Below the pieces are notes generated by a model. The model was given only the letters and a program-made list of their open reading frames with translations. It was not told the DNA's origin and did not search any database. DNA of 64,000 nucleotides from an uncultured Actinomycetota bacterium. GTDB taxonomy: Bacteria; Actinomycetota; Actinomycetes; S36-B12; UBA10799. The translations under genes were made by a program, and so were the position numbers. The stretch is from assembly GCA_963732355.1 (NCBI GenBank), contig CAVSZD010000003.1, forward strand, positions 9,020-73,019. The letters run 5' to 3'. Shown piece after piece: positions 29,686-39,768 of the stretch; the stretch's first letter is position 1; each line of letters opens with the position of its first letter.

Positions 29686-30357
29686 ATGTCAAGGGCGTTC
29701 AAACTGCTTGTTCCGGCATTGGCGGCAGTCCTGGCCCTCGGAGTCGGCACAGCCACGGCCACGAAGGTCGTAAGTGGCCGTTCACTCAAGAACGGAACTG
29801 TGACTGAACGCAAACTCTCCCCTTCTGTGAGGAACAAGCTCAATGCCGCGGGGCCACAGGGAGTTCCTGGCCCGCAAGGCCCCCAGGGTCTGCAAGGTCC
29901 ACCCGGCACCGCGTCGCCGTCAGTTGTATCGGCGGTTGCCAACATCACTGGCATCAGCCCTTTGGCCCTGGGGTCGACGGCAACCATCCTGACCCTTAGC
30001 AGCCCCCCTGGCGCGGGTAGTGGCCCAATCGCCGTCAACGGGCCGACCCGTTTGTTGATCACGGCCCAGGTCAACGCTTTCAAGACGACCAGCGACGCGA
30101 GCAAGTTCGCCCGGATTCATTGCCAGTTATCACAGGAGGGGATAGCAGGGCCGGGCTTGATCGGCAGACAAGTTGAAGCCAGCATGGCTCCTGTCTCCGT
30201 GGGTGCTGTGCTCACGAGTCTGTCTCTGGTGGGTTCACTGGACGTCGACTCGGGTCAGCACAACGTGGGCATCCGCTGCGAGGCGTCGACTGCGGGCTCC
30301 AATACCGGGGTCAGCTTTCAGAGCGCGTCAATCAATGTGGTCGCCGTGCCGCGGTGA
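29686..30357 (+). CDS. Secreted protein with a short collagen-like G-X-Y stretch (paralog 1)
   Basis: AGGAGG ribosome-binding site, signal peptide MSRAFKLLVPALAAVLALGVGTATA, GPQGVPGPQGPQGLQGPPGTA at 29851..29913, and a ~140-aa C-terminal domain with 2 Cys. Confidence 0.75.
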   Translation: MSRAFKLLVPALAAVLALGVGTATATKVVSGRSLKNGTVTERKLSPSVRNKLNAAGPQGVPGPQGPQGLQGPPGTASPSVVSAVANITGISPLALGSTATILTLSSPPGAGSGPIAVNGPTRLLITAQVNAFKTTSDASKFARIHCQLSQEGIAGPGLIGRQVEASMAPVSVGAVLTSLSLVGSLDVDSGQHNVGIRCEASTAGSNTGVSFQSASINVVAVPR

Positions 30358-30422
30358 GGGCACCACGAGATCCGGAACCTCGCCCTTTCGGTTCTTGCGT
30401 TGCGCCAACCTTGGAATAGCGG

Positions 30423-30499
30423 CGTTGGTTGACGTTCGGGTAGTTGGTTGACGCTCGTCGGACGATGAACCTCAACCAACTACCCGAACCCCACCCAAC
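30423..30499. repeat. Bipartite hairpin element, family B, copy B3 (inverted orientation)
   Basis: CGTTGGTTGACGTTCGGGTAGTTGGTTGA, a loop, then TCAACCAACTACCCGAACCCCACCCAAC. Confidence 0.9.
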
Positions 30500-30506
30500 A
30501 CAGGCG

Positions 30507-32043
30507 TCAGGCAGCTTCCCGGCGCCTTCGCACCACAAAGAACATGCCAGCCGCCGTCAGGGTAATGGCTGCACCAACGAGTCCGTGCGCCCTGAACCCC
30601 ACCAGGTAGGCCTGTGCGCCGGAAGTCGTCGATCTCGGTGACGTCTGACACGGGAACTGCGTAGAGCGACGAGATGTCCTCCGACGTTGCGCCTGAGGCG
30701 ATGGACTGTGCTACCTCCCTTGATGTGGAGGCATCGATCCCGGCCCGTGTCGATTGGTCCCGCAGGGAAGCCGATGAAGCGAGGACCACGATGCTGGTCA
30801 TTCCGGCTACGCCTATTGCGGTCCCCAGACTCGCCGCGGCGCCGCGGAAGGCGGATGCGGAGCTTTCCTTGCCCTTGGGTGCGTTGTCCATTACGGCGTT
30901 GGTAACAGCGACCCCGGCGCCTGCCGCCGCTGCCGCGTAAACGGACACGATCAGCACCGCAAGCCACAGTGGGCTGGTGACCCGCAGCAGCGCGCTGCAC
31001 GCGAGGGCCACAGCGACCAGACCCATGAGCCCTGACCCCGAGACTGTTATGCCCCAGCGTCGCACCAGTCGGCCGGAGACCCCAGCTCCCACGACCGCGC
31101 TGGCTTGCGCGGGCGCCATGGCCAGCGCCACCTCGACCGGGGCGAGTTGATAGACGTACTGCAGTGCCATGGTCATGTAGAAGAAGAGGTTGGCGAACAG
31201 GGTCAAGATCAGGACCACGAGCAGCAACACAAGGCCGCCATGGCGAAGCGGTGTCAGGTCCAAGGTTGGCTCTGGGATCTTGCGAAGTGCGACGATCAGC
31301 GCGATCACCGCCACGACGGAGATCGCGAGTGCCACGAGAAACTGCGTCGTCGGACCCTTCTGGGACAGCGCAGTGATCGCCTCGACGGCAGTCGCGAGCA
31401 CCAGTCCGGCGAGGGCGGGTGTCAGCATCTCCCCGGTGGCCGCGGAGCGAGTTCCGTCAGGTGGCACGAGTCGCCAGATGAGCAACACGGAGATTGCGCC
31501 GCCGACTATCCAGACCACTGTGACCCAGCGCCACCCGGCCGACTCGACAATGACGGCCGCCACCAGCGGTACGAACAGGTACGTGAAGGGAATGGCTGCA
31601 GAGAACGCCGAGAAGGCCGTGGCACGCCCATCGGAATCTTGGACACCGGCGCTCAAGGAGGCCAGCGCCACCACCAGCAGTGCGGACTTGCCGATGTTGG
31701 CCAGAAGTAGACCGGCCGTGGCTATGGGCATTGAGGGTGCCAGTGCCACCAGACAACTGCCCAGCACGTACAGCGCAGAGCAGGCCAGTAGCACACGTTT
31801 GGAACCAAGACGTTGCCCCAATGCGCCAGCGACGAAGATCACGAGCAGTGCCCCGACGGTGGGCATTTGGCGCGCAACATCGGATTGTGATCCGGAAGAA
31901 CCCAGCCCCTGCAGCATGTCGACCAGGATGTAGTTGAAACTCGCTCCCAGTGTCTGAACCATCACAGCGGCCGCAGTCATCGCGATCACCAACCGGACCT
32001 GGGTCTTGGTCAGACCCGAGGACCCGCGCAGAGCAATTCGCAC
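30507..32043 (-). pseudogene. MFS transporter (14-TMS, DHA2-like), frameshift near the 3' end
   Basis: The last TM helix and basic tail AQAYLVGFRAHGLVGAAITLTAAGMFFVVRRRREAA* are in another frame and end at 30507. The listed ORF (to 30472) instead reads through into repeat B3. The junction is at about 30612-30632. Confidence 0.7.
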
Positions 32044-32117
32044 CTACGCAGGCTACGCGTGATCATGGACCGTTCGGGCGTTGTCCACGCTGGTCATCCG
32101 TAGCTAGCCTCACCCTC

Positions 32118-32876
32118 ATGACGAGATTGAGTCTTGCCGCGCAGTCCATGTCTGGTCATGTGCGTCAGAACGCCGTGGGATACCTGGCTCTCTTCGTCGC
32201 ATTGAGCGGGACGTCGTATGCCGCAGTTCAACTGCCGAAGAACAGTGTGACGAGCAAACAGATCAAGCCAGGAGCGGTCACGCAGAAGAAACTCAGCAAA
32301 CCCCTGAGAGCTCAGATCCTCGCCCCGGGTCCTGCAGGCACCCAAGGTAAGAGCGGGCCGGCAGGAGAGAGGGGTCCGGCGGGCGATAAGGGGCAGACGG
32401 GGGACGATGGCGTACTCACTTCCTCGTTTGGCACGCGCAACACAGCGAGTCCTGTGAGTCTGACCACTTCCCGTGACAGTGTCCTGGCGCTGTCGACGCC
32501 GAACAGCAACGGGCTGACCACGGGCGGCCCCGTGGTCACGACCGTACCGACGCGATTGATCGCCACGGCTGCTGTCGAACTGTTCATCTCGAATTCGGTG
32601 TCCGCGCTAGGGCGGGCCGCTTGCGAGTTGAAGCTTTCCACGGACGGTGGGACCCCGGCCGTTATCGGTAACCAGCGAGAGGTCACCTTCGAGTCCATTT
32701 CCCCCCTGTCGGCCCGTTTCCGCACACTCAGTTTCGTTGCGACCGTCGACGTGCCAGCGGGAAGCCACGATGTCTCTGTGAACTGCAGCCGATGGGACAG
32801 GACAGACCTGCAGTTAACGGCCCCGGTCACTGCGCGGAACGTCGATCTTTCGGTTGTGGCCTTACGTCAGCGTTGA
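32118..32876 (+). CDS. Secreted/anchored protein with a collagen-like G-X-Y stretch (paralog 2)
   Basis: Hydrophobic N-terminus VGYLALFVALSGTSYA, then GPAGTQGKSGPAGERGPAGDKGQTGDDG, and the same pre-collagen motif and C-terminal domain layout as 29686..30357. Confidence 0.7.
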   Translation: MTRLSLAAQSMSGHVRQNAVGYLALFVALSGTSYAAVQLPKNSVTSKQIKPGAVTQKKLSKPLRAQILAPGPAGTQGKSGPAGERGPAGDKGQTGDDGVLTSSFGTRNTASPVSLTTSRDSVLALSTPNSNGLTTGGPVVTTVPTRLIATAAVELFISNSVSALGRAACELKLSTDGGTPAVIGNQREVTFESISPLSARFRTLSFVATVDVPAGSHDVSVNCSRWDRTDLQLTAPVTARNVDLSVVALRQR

Positions 32877-32929
32877 CGCGGGGGTTGTCCTTTGAGCACG
32901 GGGGCAGTTGTCCCGCTACCTTGTCACCC

Positions 32930-33643
32930 ATGCGCCAAGTCGGGTCCCTGGTCTTCTGGGGTTTCGTAGTCGTCAGTTCTGCGCTGCTCTTCCCGATCGC
33001 GGTGGTGATCTGGCTGGTCACGCTGCCCTTCGACCGTCGGGGGCGGGCCTTGCATTTGTTCACCTGCTTCTGGGCGTCCTTGTACACCTGGCTGAATCCG
33101 GCCTGGCGGGTCACGATCCACGGCCGGGAGAACATCCAGTCGGACACGACCTATGTGTACGTGGCTAATCACTTGTCTTTACTGGACATCCTCGTGCTGT
33201 TCCGGCTGTTCGCTGATTTCAAGTGGGTGTCCAAGGCCGAGATCTTCAAAGTGCCGGTGATCGGCTGGAACATGCGGATGAACAAGTACATCCGTTTGCA
33301 GCGGGGCAATCGGGACAGCGTCGTGCAGATGATGGCGCAGTGCGATCACGCACTGGCGCGGGGCAGTTCGCTGATGATGTTCCCGGAGGGCACGCGCTCT
33401 GCAACAGGCGAGTTGAAGGCGTTCAAGACCGGGGCGTTCGAACTGGCCGTCGCTGCGCAGGTGCCGATTGTTCCGATCGCCATCGAGGGCACCAACGACG
33501 CATTGCCCAAGCACGGGTTCGTGCTGCGCGGCCGACATCACATCACCGTTACGGTCCTGCCAGCGTTCGAACCGGGGTCCTCGGTTGAGACGGCGACGCT
33601 AGAGGCCCGCAGTCGCATCGCCGAGGTGGTGGAGGTTCGGTGA
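32930..33643 (+). CDS. plsC: 1-acyl-sn-glycerol-3-phosphate acyltransferase
   Basis: NHLSLLD (HX4D) and FPEGTRS motifs. The ATG is at 32930. Confidence 0.8.
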   Translation: MRQVGSLVFWGFVVVSSALLFPIAVVIWLVTLPFDRRGRALHLFTCFWASLYTWLNPAWRVTIHGRENIQSDTTYVYVANHLSLLDILVLFRLFADFKWVSKAEIFKVPVIGWNMRMNKYIRLQRGNRDSVVQMMAQCDHALARGSSLMMFPEGTRSATGELKAFKTGAFELAVAAQVPIVPIAIEGTNDALPKHGFVLRGRHHITVTVLPAFEPGSSVETATLEARSRIAEVVEVR

Positions 33644-33683
33644 AGACCGTGCGGGTAGGTAGCGTGGGTCGCGGAGGGCCCCC

Positions 33684-34202
33684 GTGACCGAGCAGCAGCC
33701 GTACGAAGTCCTGGAGACGTACCCCGGATTTGAGGTGCGTCGATACCCCGAGCATCTTGTCGCCGAGGTGGATGTCACCGGGCCGTTCGGAGCGGCCGGC
33801 AACCTCGCGTTCCCCAGACTCGCCCGGTACATCGGCGGGCACAATCGGGGCTCCCGCAAAGTCGCAATGACCGCGCCTGTTGTGCAGGAACAGGACCCTC
33901 GCAGTGGTGTCTTCGTGATCGGTTTCGTAATGCCCTCGGAACTCGGGGCAGAGGGTGCGCCGGAGCCGATGGACTCAAGCGTTCGTACCCGCCAGGTGCC
34001 TGCGCAGACCGCGGCCGCGCTCAGATTCTCCGGACGGTGGTCGCGAGGTTCCTACCAGTCGCACGCCGATGAATTGCTGCGCCTGTTGGACGGGGCCGGA
34101 CTGACGGTCACGGGTCAGCCTCGGTTCGCCCGGTTCGACCCGCCGTGGACACCGTGGTTCATGCGCCGGAACGAAGTCGTGATCCCAGTCGCTCGAGATT
34201 AG
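33684..34202 (+). CDS. SOUL heme-binding family protein
   Basis: YEVLETYPGFEVRRYP...MTAPV pattern typical of the SOUL/HBP family. Confidence 0.7.
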   Translation: MTEQQPYEVLETYPGFEVRRYPEHLVAEVDVTGPFGAAGNLAFPRLARYIGGHNRGSRKVAMTAPVVQEQDPRSGVFVIGFVMPSELGAEGAPEPMDSSVRTRQVPAQTAAALRFSGRWSRGSYQSHADELLRLLDGAGLTVTGQPRFARFDPPWTPWFMRRNEVVIPVARD

Positions 34203-34212
34203 TGGCCCTGGC

Positions 34213-34290
34213 CGTTGGGTGGGGTTCGTGCAGTTGGTTGATGCTCGTCGCCCGACAGACGTCAACCAACTACCCGAACGTCAACCAACG
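34213..34290. repeat. Bipartite hairpin element, family B, copy B4
   Basis: Same arms as B2. The 20-nt loop TGCTCGTCGCCCGACAGACG resembles the reverse complement of the B1/B2 loop. Confidence 0.9.
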
Positions 34291-34500
34291 GGTGGCGCGA
34301 GTACCACCCACGCGGCAACCACCGCTGGAACCATTACCGCAACGAGCACTGTTGGTTCGGGATCACCCCACACTCGGCGACCAGGCGCTGCGCACGTTAC
34401 CGGGCCGCGTAGGCAGGCCTCACCCGAGCCCGGTTCGGGACAGCGCGGTCGGCGCGGGCAGGATTGGCGTGAGGATCCCCGGCGAGAGAGGCCACAAACC

Positions 34501-35577
34501 ATGTCGAGTGCTCAACCATCCGACGCACTCGCATTCGCGCACGGACCCGCATGGTCCAACCGCATCGCGCTGGCCCCATTGACGAACAAGCAGAGCCACT
34601 CAGACGGAGCGCTGTCCGAGGATGAGACCGAATGGTTGGTGGCTCGGGCACGCGGCGGGTTCGGCCTGGTGCTGACCGCCGCCGCCTTCGTTTCGCCAGC
34701 GGGACAGGTATGGGACGGGCAACTCGGGGTCTGTTCGCAGGACCATCTGCCCGGCTTGACGCGGTTGGCCAACGAGATCAAGGCCAACGGCGCCGTTTCA
34801 GCCGTGCAACTGCACCACGGTGGCCGGCGGGCTGAACGGCAGATCACGGGCCTGCAGGTCCAATGTCCCTGGGACGACCCTCGCCACGATGCGGTGGCGA
34901 TGACCATCGATGAGATCGAGCAGATGGTGCACGACTTTGCGGCCGCAGCAGCACTGGCCCAAAGCGCAGGGTTCGATGGGGCGCAGATCCACGGCGCCCA
35001 CGGCTACCTGCTCGGACAGTTCTTGGACAGCACGCGCAACCAGCGCGCAGACCGGTACGGCGGGTCGTTCGACAATCGATTGCGGGTCGTCCTGGAAGTC
35101 GTCGACGCAATCAGGGCCGCCACCACACCAGAGTTCCAATTGGGGCTGCGTTTGAGCCCCGAGGGCTTCGGCATTCCGCTGGAGGACGCCCAGGGCTACG
35201 CGCGCGAGTTGCTGGCGACCGACCAGCTCGACTATCTCGAGTTGTCGCTTTGGGACGTGTTCAGCAAACCCCGAGGCGGCGCCGACGGCCTGCTCATCGA
35301 CCACTTCGTCGACCTGCCACGTGGTGGCGCCCGCCTTGGCGTAGCGGGCAAGGTGCTGGCGACCGCAGATGTCCAGTGGTGCCTGGACCGAGGCGCGGAT
35401 TTCGTGTCGGTGGGCCGAGGTGCCATCCTTCACCACGACTTCGCCTCACGTGCATTGAGCGATCCGGCCTTCGTGAGCCGCCCTGCGCCCGTTCCGGCTT
35501 CGGTGCTCACATCGGAGAAGTTGGGCCCGGCCTTCATCGACTACCTGACAACAGATTTCGAGGGCATCGTTTTGTGA
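34501..35577 (+). CDS. NADH:flavin oxidoreductase (Old Yellow Enzyme family)
   Basis: ALAPLTNKQSH...HGAHGYLLGQFL...RYGGS motifs. The ORF-track start at 34219 lies inside repeat B4. Confidence 0.82.
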   Translation: MSSAQPSDALAFAHGPAWSNRIALAPLTNKQSHSDGALSEDETEWLVARARGGFGLVLTAAAFVSPAGQVWDGQLGVCSQDHLPGLTRLANEIKANGAVSAVQLHHGGRRAERQITGLQVQCPWDDPRHDAVAMTIDEIEQMVHDFAAAAALAQSAGFDGAQIHGAHGYLLGQFLDSTRNQRADRYGGSFDNRLRVVLEVVDAIRAATTPEFQLGLRLSPEGFGIPLEDAQGYARELLATDQLDYLELSLWDVFSKPRGGADGLLIDHFVDLPRGGARLGVAGKVLATADVQWCLDRGADFVSVGRGAILHHDFASRALSDPAFVSRPAPVPASVLTSEKLGPAFIDYLTTDFEGIVL

Positions 35578-35651
35578 GGTAGGGCCGTTTGGACCATGCT
35601 TTCGCCAACTGGGAACGGGTAGTCTCACTGCTCCACGGATGGAGGCTCCCC

Positions 35652-36230
35652 ATGCGAACATCGATGCGATGGCTGAAATACGCCCTGGCCATGCCGGTCT
35701 CTGCGGCCGTCGTGATGTCCGCCTTACCGGCCCAGGCGACCCCCACGCCGGACACACCCGCCAGCGTCACGGTGGGTGCCACTGCCGAGCTTTCGGGAGA
35801 GGCATGTGACCCGTCGCCTCGGCAGGCCAAGAGTTCCACCAAGGGCGATTGCGTGACGCTGCGCCTCGGGAACAAGAAGAGCGCCCGTGTCGCGGCCGGC
35901 GACCAGATCGTGCTCAAGGGTGTGGTGCGCAGCCCCTTTGCCGGCTCGACGGTGCTCATCCAGGAGTTGCAGGGCGGTGGGCGATTCGGGATCGTGCGCA
36001 AGACCAAGGGCCGCTGGAAGACCATCGAGAGGGTGCAGCACGACGGCACTTTCAAGGTCAAGCGCAAGGTCTCGTGGGGTGCGCATGTGTATCGCGCGAA
36101 GGTGCCGCTGACGCGGTCGGGGGGTGCCAGCTCTGACCGCGGCCACCGGCGCGGTGACCTCTCAGACAACGGCATCCACGGCCGGTGCGTGGGGTTATGG
36201 GTACATCTTCGCCAACGACACCGGACGTGA
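35652..36230 (+). CDS. Secreted protein (signal peptide + beta-rich domain); its 3' end is probably misread
   Basis: GGATGGAGG ribosome-binding site and signal peptide MRTSMRWLKYALAMPVSAAVVMSALPAQA. After the G6 run at 36119-36124 the frame turns R/H-rich and overlaps the next ORF by 107 nt. Confidence 0.6.
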   Translation: MRTSMRWLKYALAMPVSAAVVMSALPAQATPTPDTPASVTVGATAELSGEACDPSPRQAKSSTKGDCVTLRLGNKKSARVAAGDQIVLKGVVRSPFAGSTVLIQELQGGGRFGIVRKTKGRWKTIERVQHDGTFKVKRKVSWGAHVYRAKVPLTRSGGASSDRGHRRGDLSDNGIHGRCVGLWVHLRQRHRT

Positions 36231-36909
36231 CCTCGACCTCACGTTCAGCAACGGGGATTCGACCACTGGCGCTTCTGCATCCACCAGTCCGATGGCTTTC
36301 GACAACAAGGTTCTCCTGCTGGCCATCCTTGGAGACCCCGCTGCAAACATCGCCACCGGCTTCACGCTGCAGGGAGAAGAAGCGGGTATCGATTACACGT
36401 ACAAGTACGACGGGAGTTCGGGCAGCGATCCATGTGCGAAATCCACGCAGCCCACCATGGGTGTCGGTCAGGTCGCCGTGGTGTTGTTCGAGAACCAGAC
36501 GTTCGGTTACAAGGGCACGATCACCTGGCCGAACGACAGCACCTGCACGTTCAGCATGCTCACCTCGTTCGAGGAGTTCTTCGACAAGCAGGGGCCTTGG
36601 GCGATCGTGCTCGAGATCATTGCAGCAGTGTTGATCATCGCGGTCATCGTCGCGGTGACGATTGTGACCGGCGGCGCGGATCTGCCCGACCTTGCTGATG
36701 GCGCGGCAGCAGTGGCCGAGGGGGTTGAAGCCGGTGCGGATGTTGGCGACGCGGCGGCTGAGGCCGCGGAGGCGGTGGCCGAGGAACTCGAAGAGGACTT
36801 ACCCAACGTCCAGACGTTCGAAGGGTGGCCGGAGAACATGGGCACCATGCCGTCCTTCCCGGGTGGTTGGCAGTTCGTGTACCCGATCCCGTGGGTGGGC
36901 GGGAACTGA
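36124..36909 (+). CDS. Protein with one C-terminal TM helix and an acidic Ala/Glu-rich tail (possibly the continuation of 35652)
   Basis: High GC3, the TM segment WAIVLEIIAAVLIIAVIVAVTIVTGG and no signal peptide of its own. The frame opens only 15 nt upstream of the GTG. Confidence 0.6.
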   Translation: MPALTAATGAVTSQTTASTAGAWGYGYIFANDTGRDLDLTFSNGDSTTGASASTSPMAFDNKVLLLAILGDPAANIATGFTLQGEEAGIDYTYKYDGSSGSDPCAKSTQPTMGVGQVAVVLFENQTFGYKGTITWPNDSTCTFSMLTSFEEFFDKQGPWAIVLEIIAAVLIIAVIVAVTIVTGGADLPDLADGAAAVAEGVEAGADVGDAAAEAAEAVAEELEEDLPNVQTFEGWPENMGTMPSFPGGWQFVYPIPWVGGN

Positions 36910-36929
36910 CGCCCTCGAGGTCGCTCGAC

Positions 36930-38429
<1,500 letters not shown>

Positions 38430-38691
38430 CACCACCTCGTCCGCTCGGAAGCGGGTCTCAGCACAACTGTCAGGAAGAGCATCGGCAAATTCAGGTGCGG
38501 TCTGGAGGACTGGGTGTGAGCTGGACGCAACGACCCGGTGAAGGTCGCGCACGACACAAATGACCCAGACAGACAGCGAGTCTTCCGGCATGGAACCTCA
38601 CGCCATCAGGGCGCGTCGTAGTGACCTACGCCACATGATCGACTTCGGGGTCGCCGGCCTGTAGCCTGCATTCACCGTAGGAGAAGAAGCC

Positions 38692-38929
38692 ATGATTCGT
38701 GCTGTCTGCATTGTCGCCGCTATCGCGACCGTTTCCGCCGCGCTGCCCTCCACGGCGTTTGCTGCTGCGCCGACGGCCCCCGTGGCGCAAGCGGCCAAGA
38801 CCGAGGTCCAACCAGTGCCCCCTGCGAACCGCGTATCCAAAGCCGGGCTTGGTGGCGCCCGTCAGCGAACTGAACGTGAACTTCCAGGGTCCAGCGCTCA
38901 GCGACGTGGCGACCCTTCCGCAGGGTTGA
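38692..38929 (+). CDS. Small secreted protein candidate (apparent frameshift)
   Basis: GGAGAAG ribosome-binding site and signal peptide MIRAVCIVAAIATVSAALPSTAFA. GC3 collapses after about 38850 in this frame and recovers in the frame ending at 38929 (VAPVSELNVNFQGPALSDVATLPQG*). Confidence 0.35.
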
Positions 38930-38965
38930 GCCAGGACCGACGTTCTCCCAGCCGGTCGCCTGCGT

Positions 38966-39037
38966 CCTGGTTAGAGGTTGTGCTGTTGGTTAGCGAAACA
39001 ACGCGTGGATTCGCTAACCAACAGCACAACCTCTAAC
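38966..39037. repeat. Palindromic element, family A, copy A4
   Basis: CCTGGTTAGAGGTTGTGCTGTTGGTTAGCGAAACAACGCGTGGATTCGCTAACCAACAGCACAACCTCTAAC. It lies between convergent genes. Confidence 0.9.
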
Positions 39038-39056
39038 GCGGCGGGGTTCGGCCGAC

Positions 39057-39698
39057 TCACAGTCCCCAGAACGAGCCGGAAAGGCCGGCCTCGCGAAAGT
39101 AGGTGGCGGCTTGCGAGGGTTCGCGGCGCACATATCCGGGATCCAGGCGTCCCGCGTACCAGCCCCGGGCCAGGTTCCACAGGGTGGTCAGGTCCATGGT
39201 GTACCCGCGATCGTTGCCCGTGCGTTCCAGCCAGTTGTCAACGCAGCCCATCGAGCAGAACAAGCTCTGATTGCTGCAGGTATGCACCACGTCGTCCCAC
39301 ATGTGCGAGACGGGGACGAGGAAGTGCGCCACCTCATCGCCGGCCGGGCCTGCGGCCGTGTCCACGTTCCAGGCAAGGGCTCGCCCGCAACCCGGACATC
39401 GGGTGGCGACCAGCACCGGGCTCTGCGCGGGGAGCAGATGTGGCAGCGCGAACGAGTCCCAGGCACAGCCGCCCCACCAGAGAGTGTCCCTACCCATCAC
39501 CGAGAAGCCCAACGGAACTGATGAGAACGGGTGGGCCATCACGATGTCACCCGCGGAGTCCAGGACTATGTGCCGCGTGGCCGCCAACGCCCGTAGGCCT
39601 TGCGTGACGTCGGATTCGTCCCACTCCCAGCAGGTGGGCGGATGCCCTGTGCTCGCGAACGACTCGTAGACGGCCAGTCGAAGATCCTCGAGGTCCAT
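39057..39698 (-). CDS. Alkylmercury lyase (MerB)-like family protein, orphan
   Basis: N-terminal winged-helix-like region, then WGGCAWDSF (CxxD) and RCPGCG. The ATG is at 39698. There are no mer genes nearby. Confidence 0.6.
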   Translation of the reverse strand: MDLEDLRLAVYESFASTGHPPTCWEWDESDVTQGLRALAATRHIVLDSAGDIVMAHPFSSVPLGFSVMGRDTLWWGGCAWDSFALPHLLPAQSPVLVATRCPGCGRALAWNVDTAAGPAGDEVAHFLVPVSHMWDDVVHTCSNQSLFCSMGCVDNWLERTGNDRGYTMDLTTLWNLARGWYAGRLDPGYVRREPSQAATYFREAGLSGSFWGL

Positions 39699-39768
39699 TC
39701 CCACAGTCTGCCTCGTCAGCGCCTCGGGACGGTCGATCAATGCGTGCGCCCAGGTGGTCCCACAGTCC

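Noticed and set aside
29851-29913. The G-X-Y coding repeats treated as a DNA-level tandem repeat or variable-number locus.
   Set aside because: The triplets are degenerate at the nucleotide level (GGN CCN/CAN variants). The periodicity is in the protein, not in the DNA.
36119-36124. Programmed ribosomal frameshifting at the G6 run.
   Set aside because: There is no slippery heptamer or downstream structure that I can see. A simple indel or phase-variable run is more economical, so I report it only as a possible fusion.
39057-39698. A mercury-resistance locus.
   Set aside because: Only a MerB-like gene is present, with no merR, merA, merT or merP.
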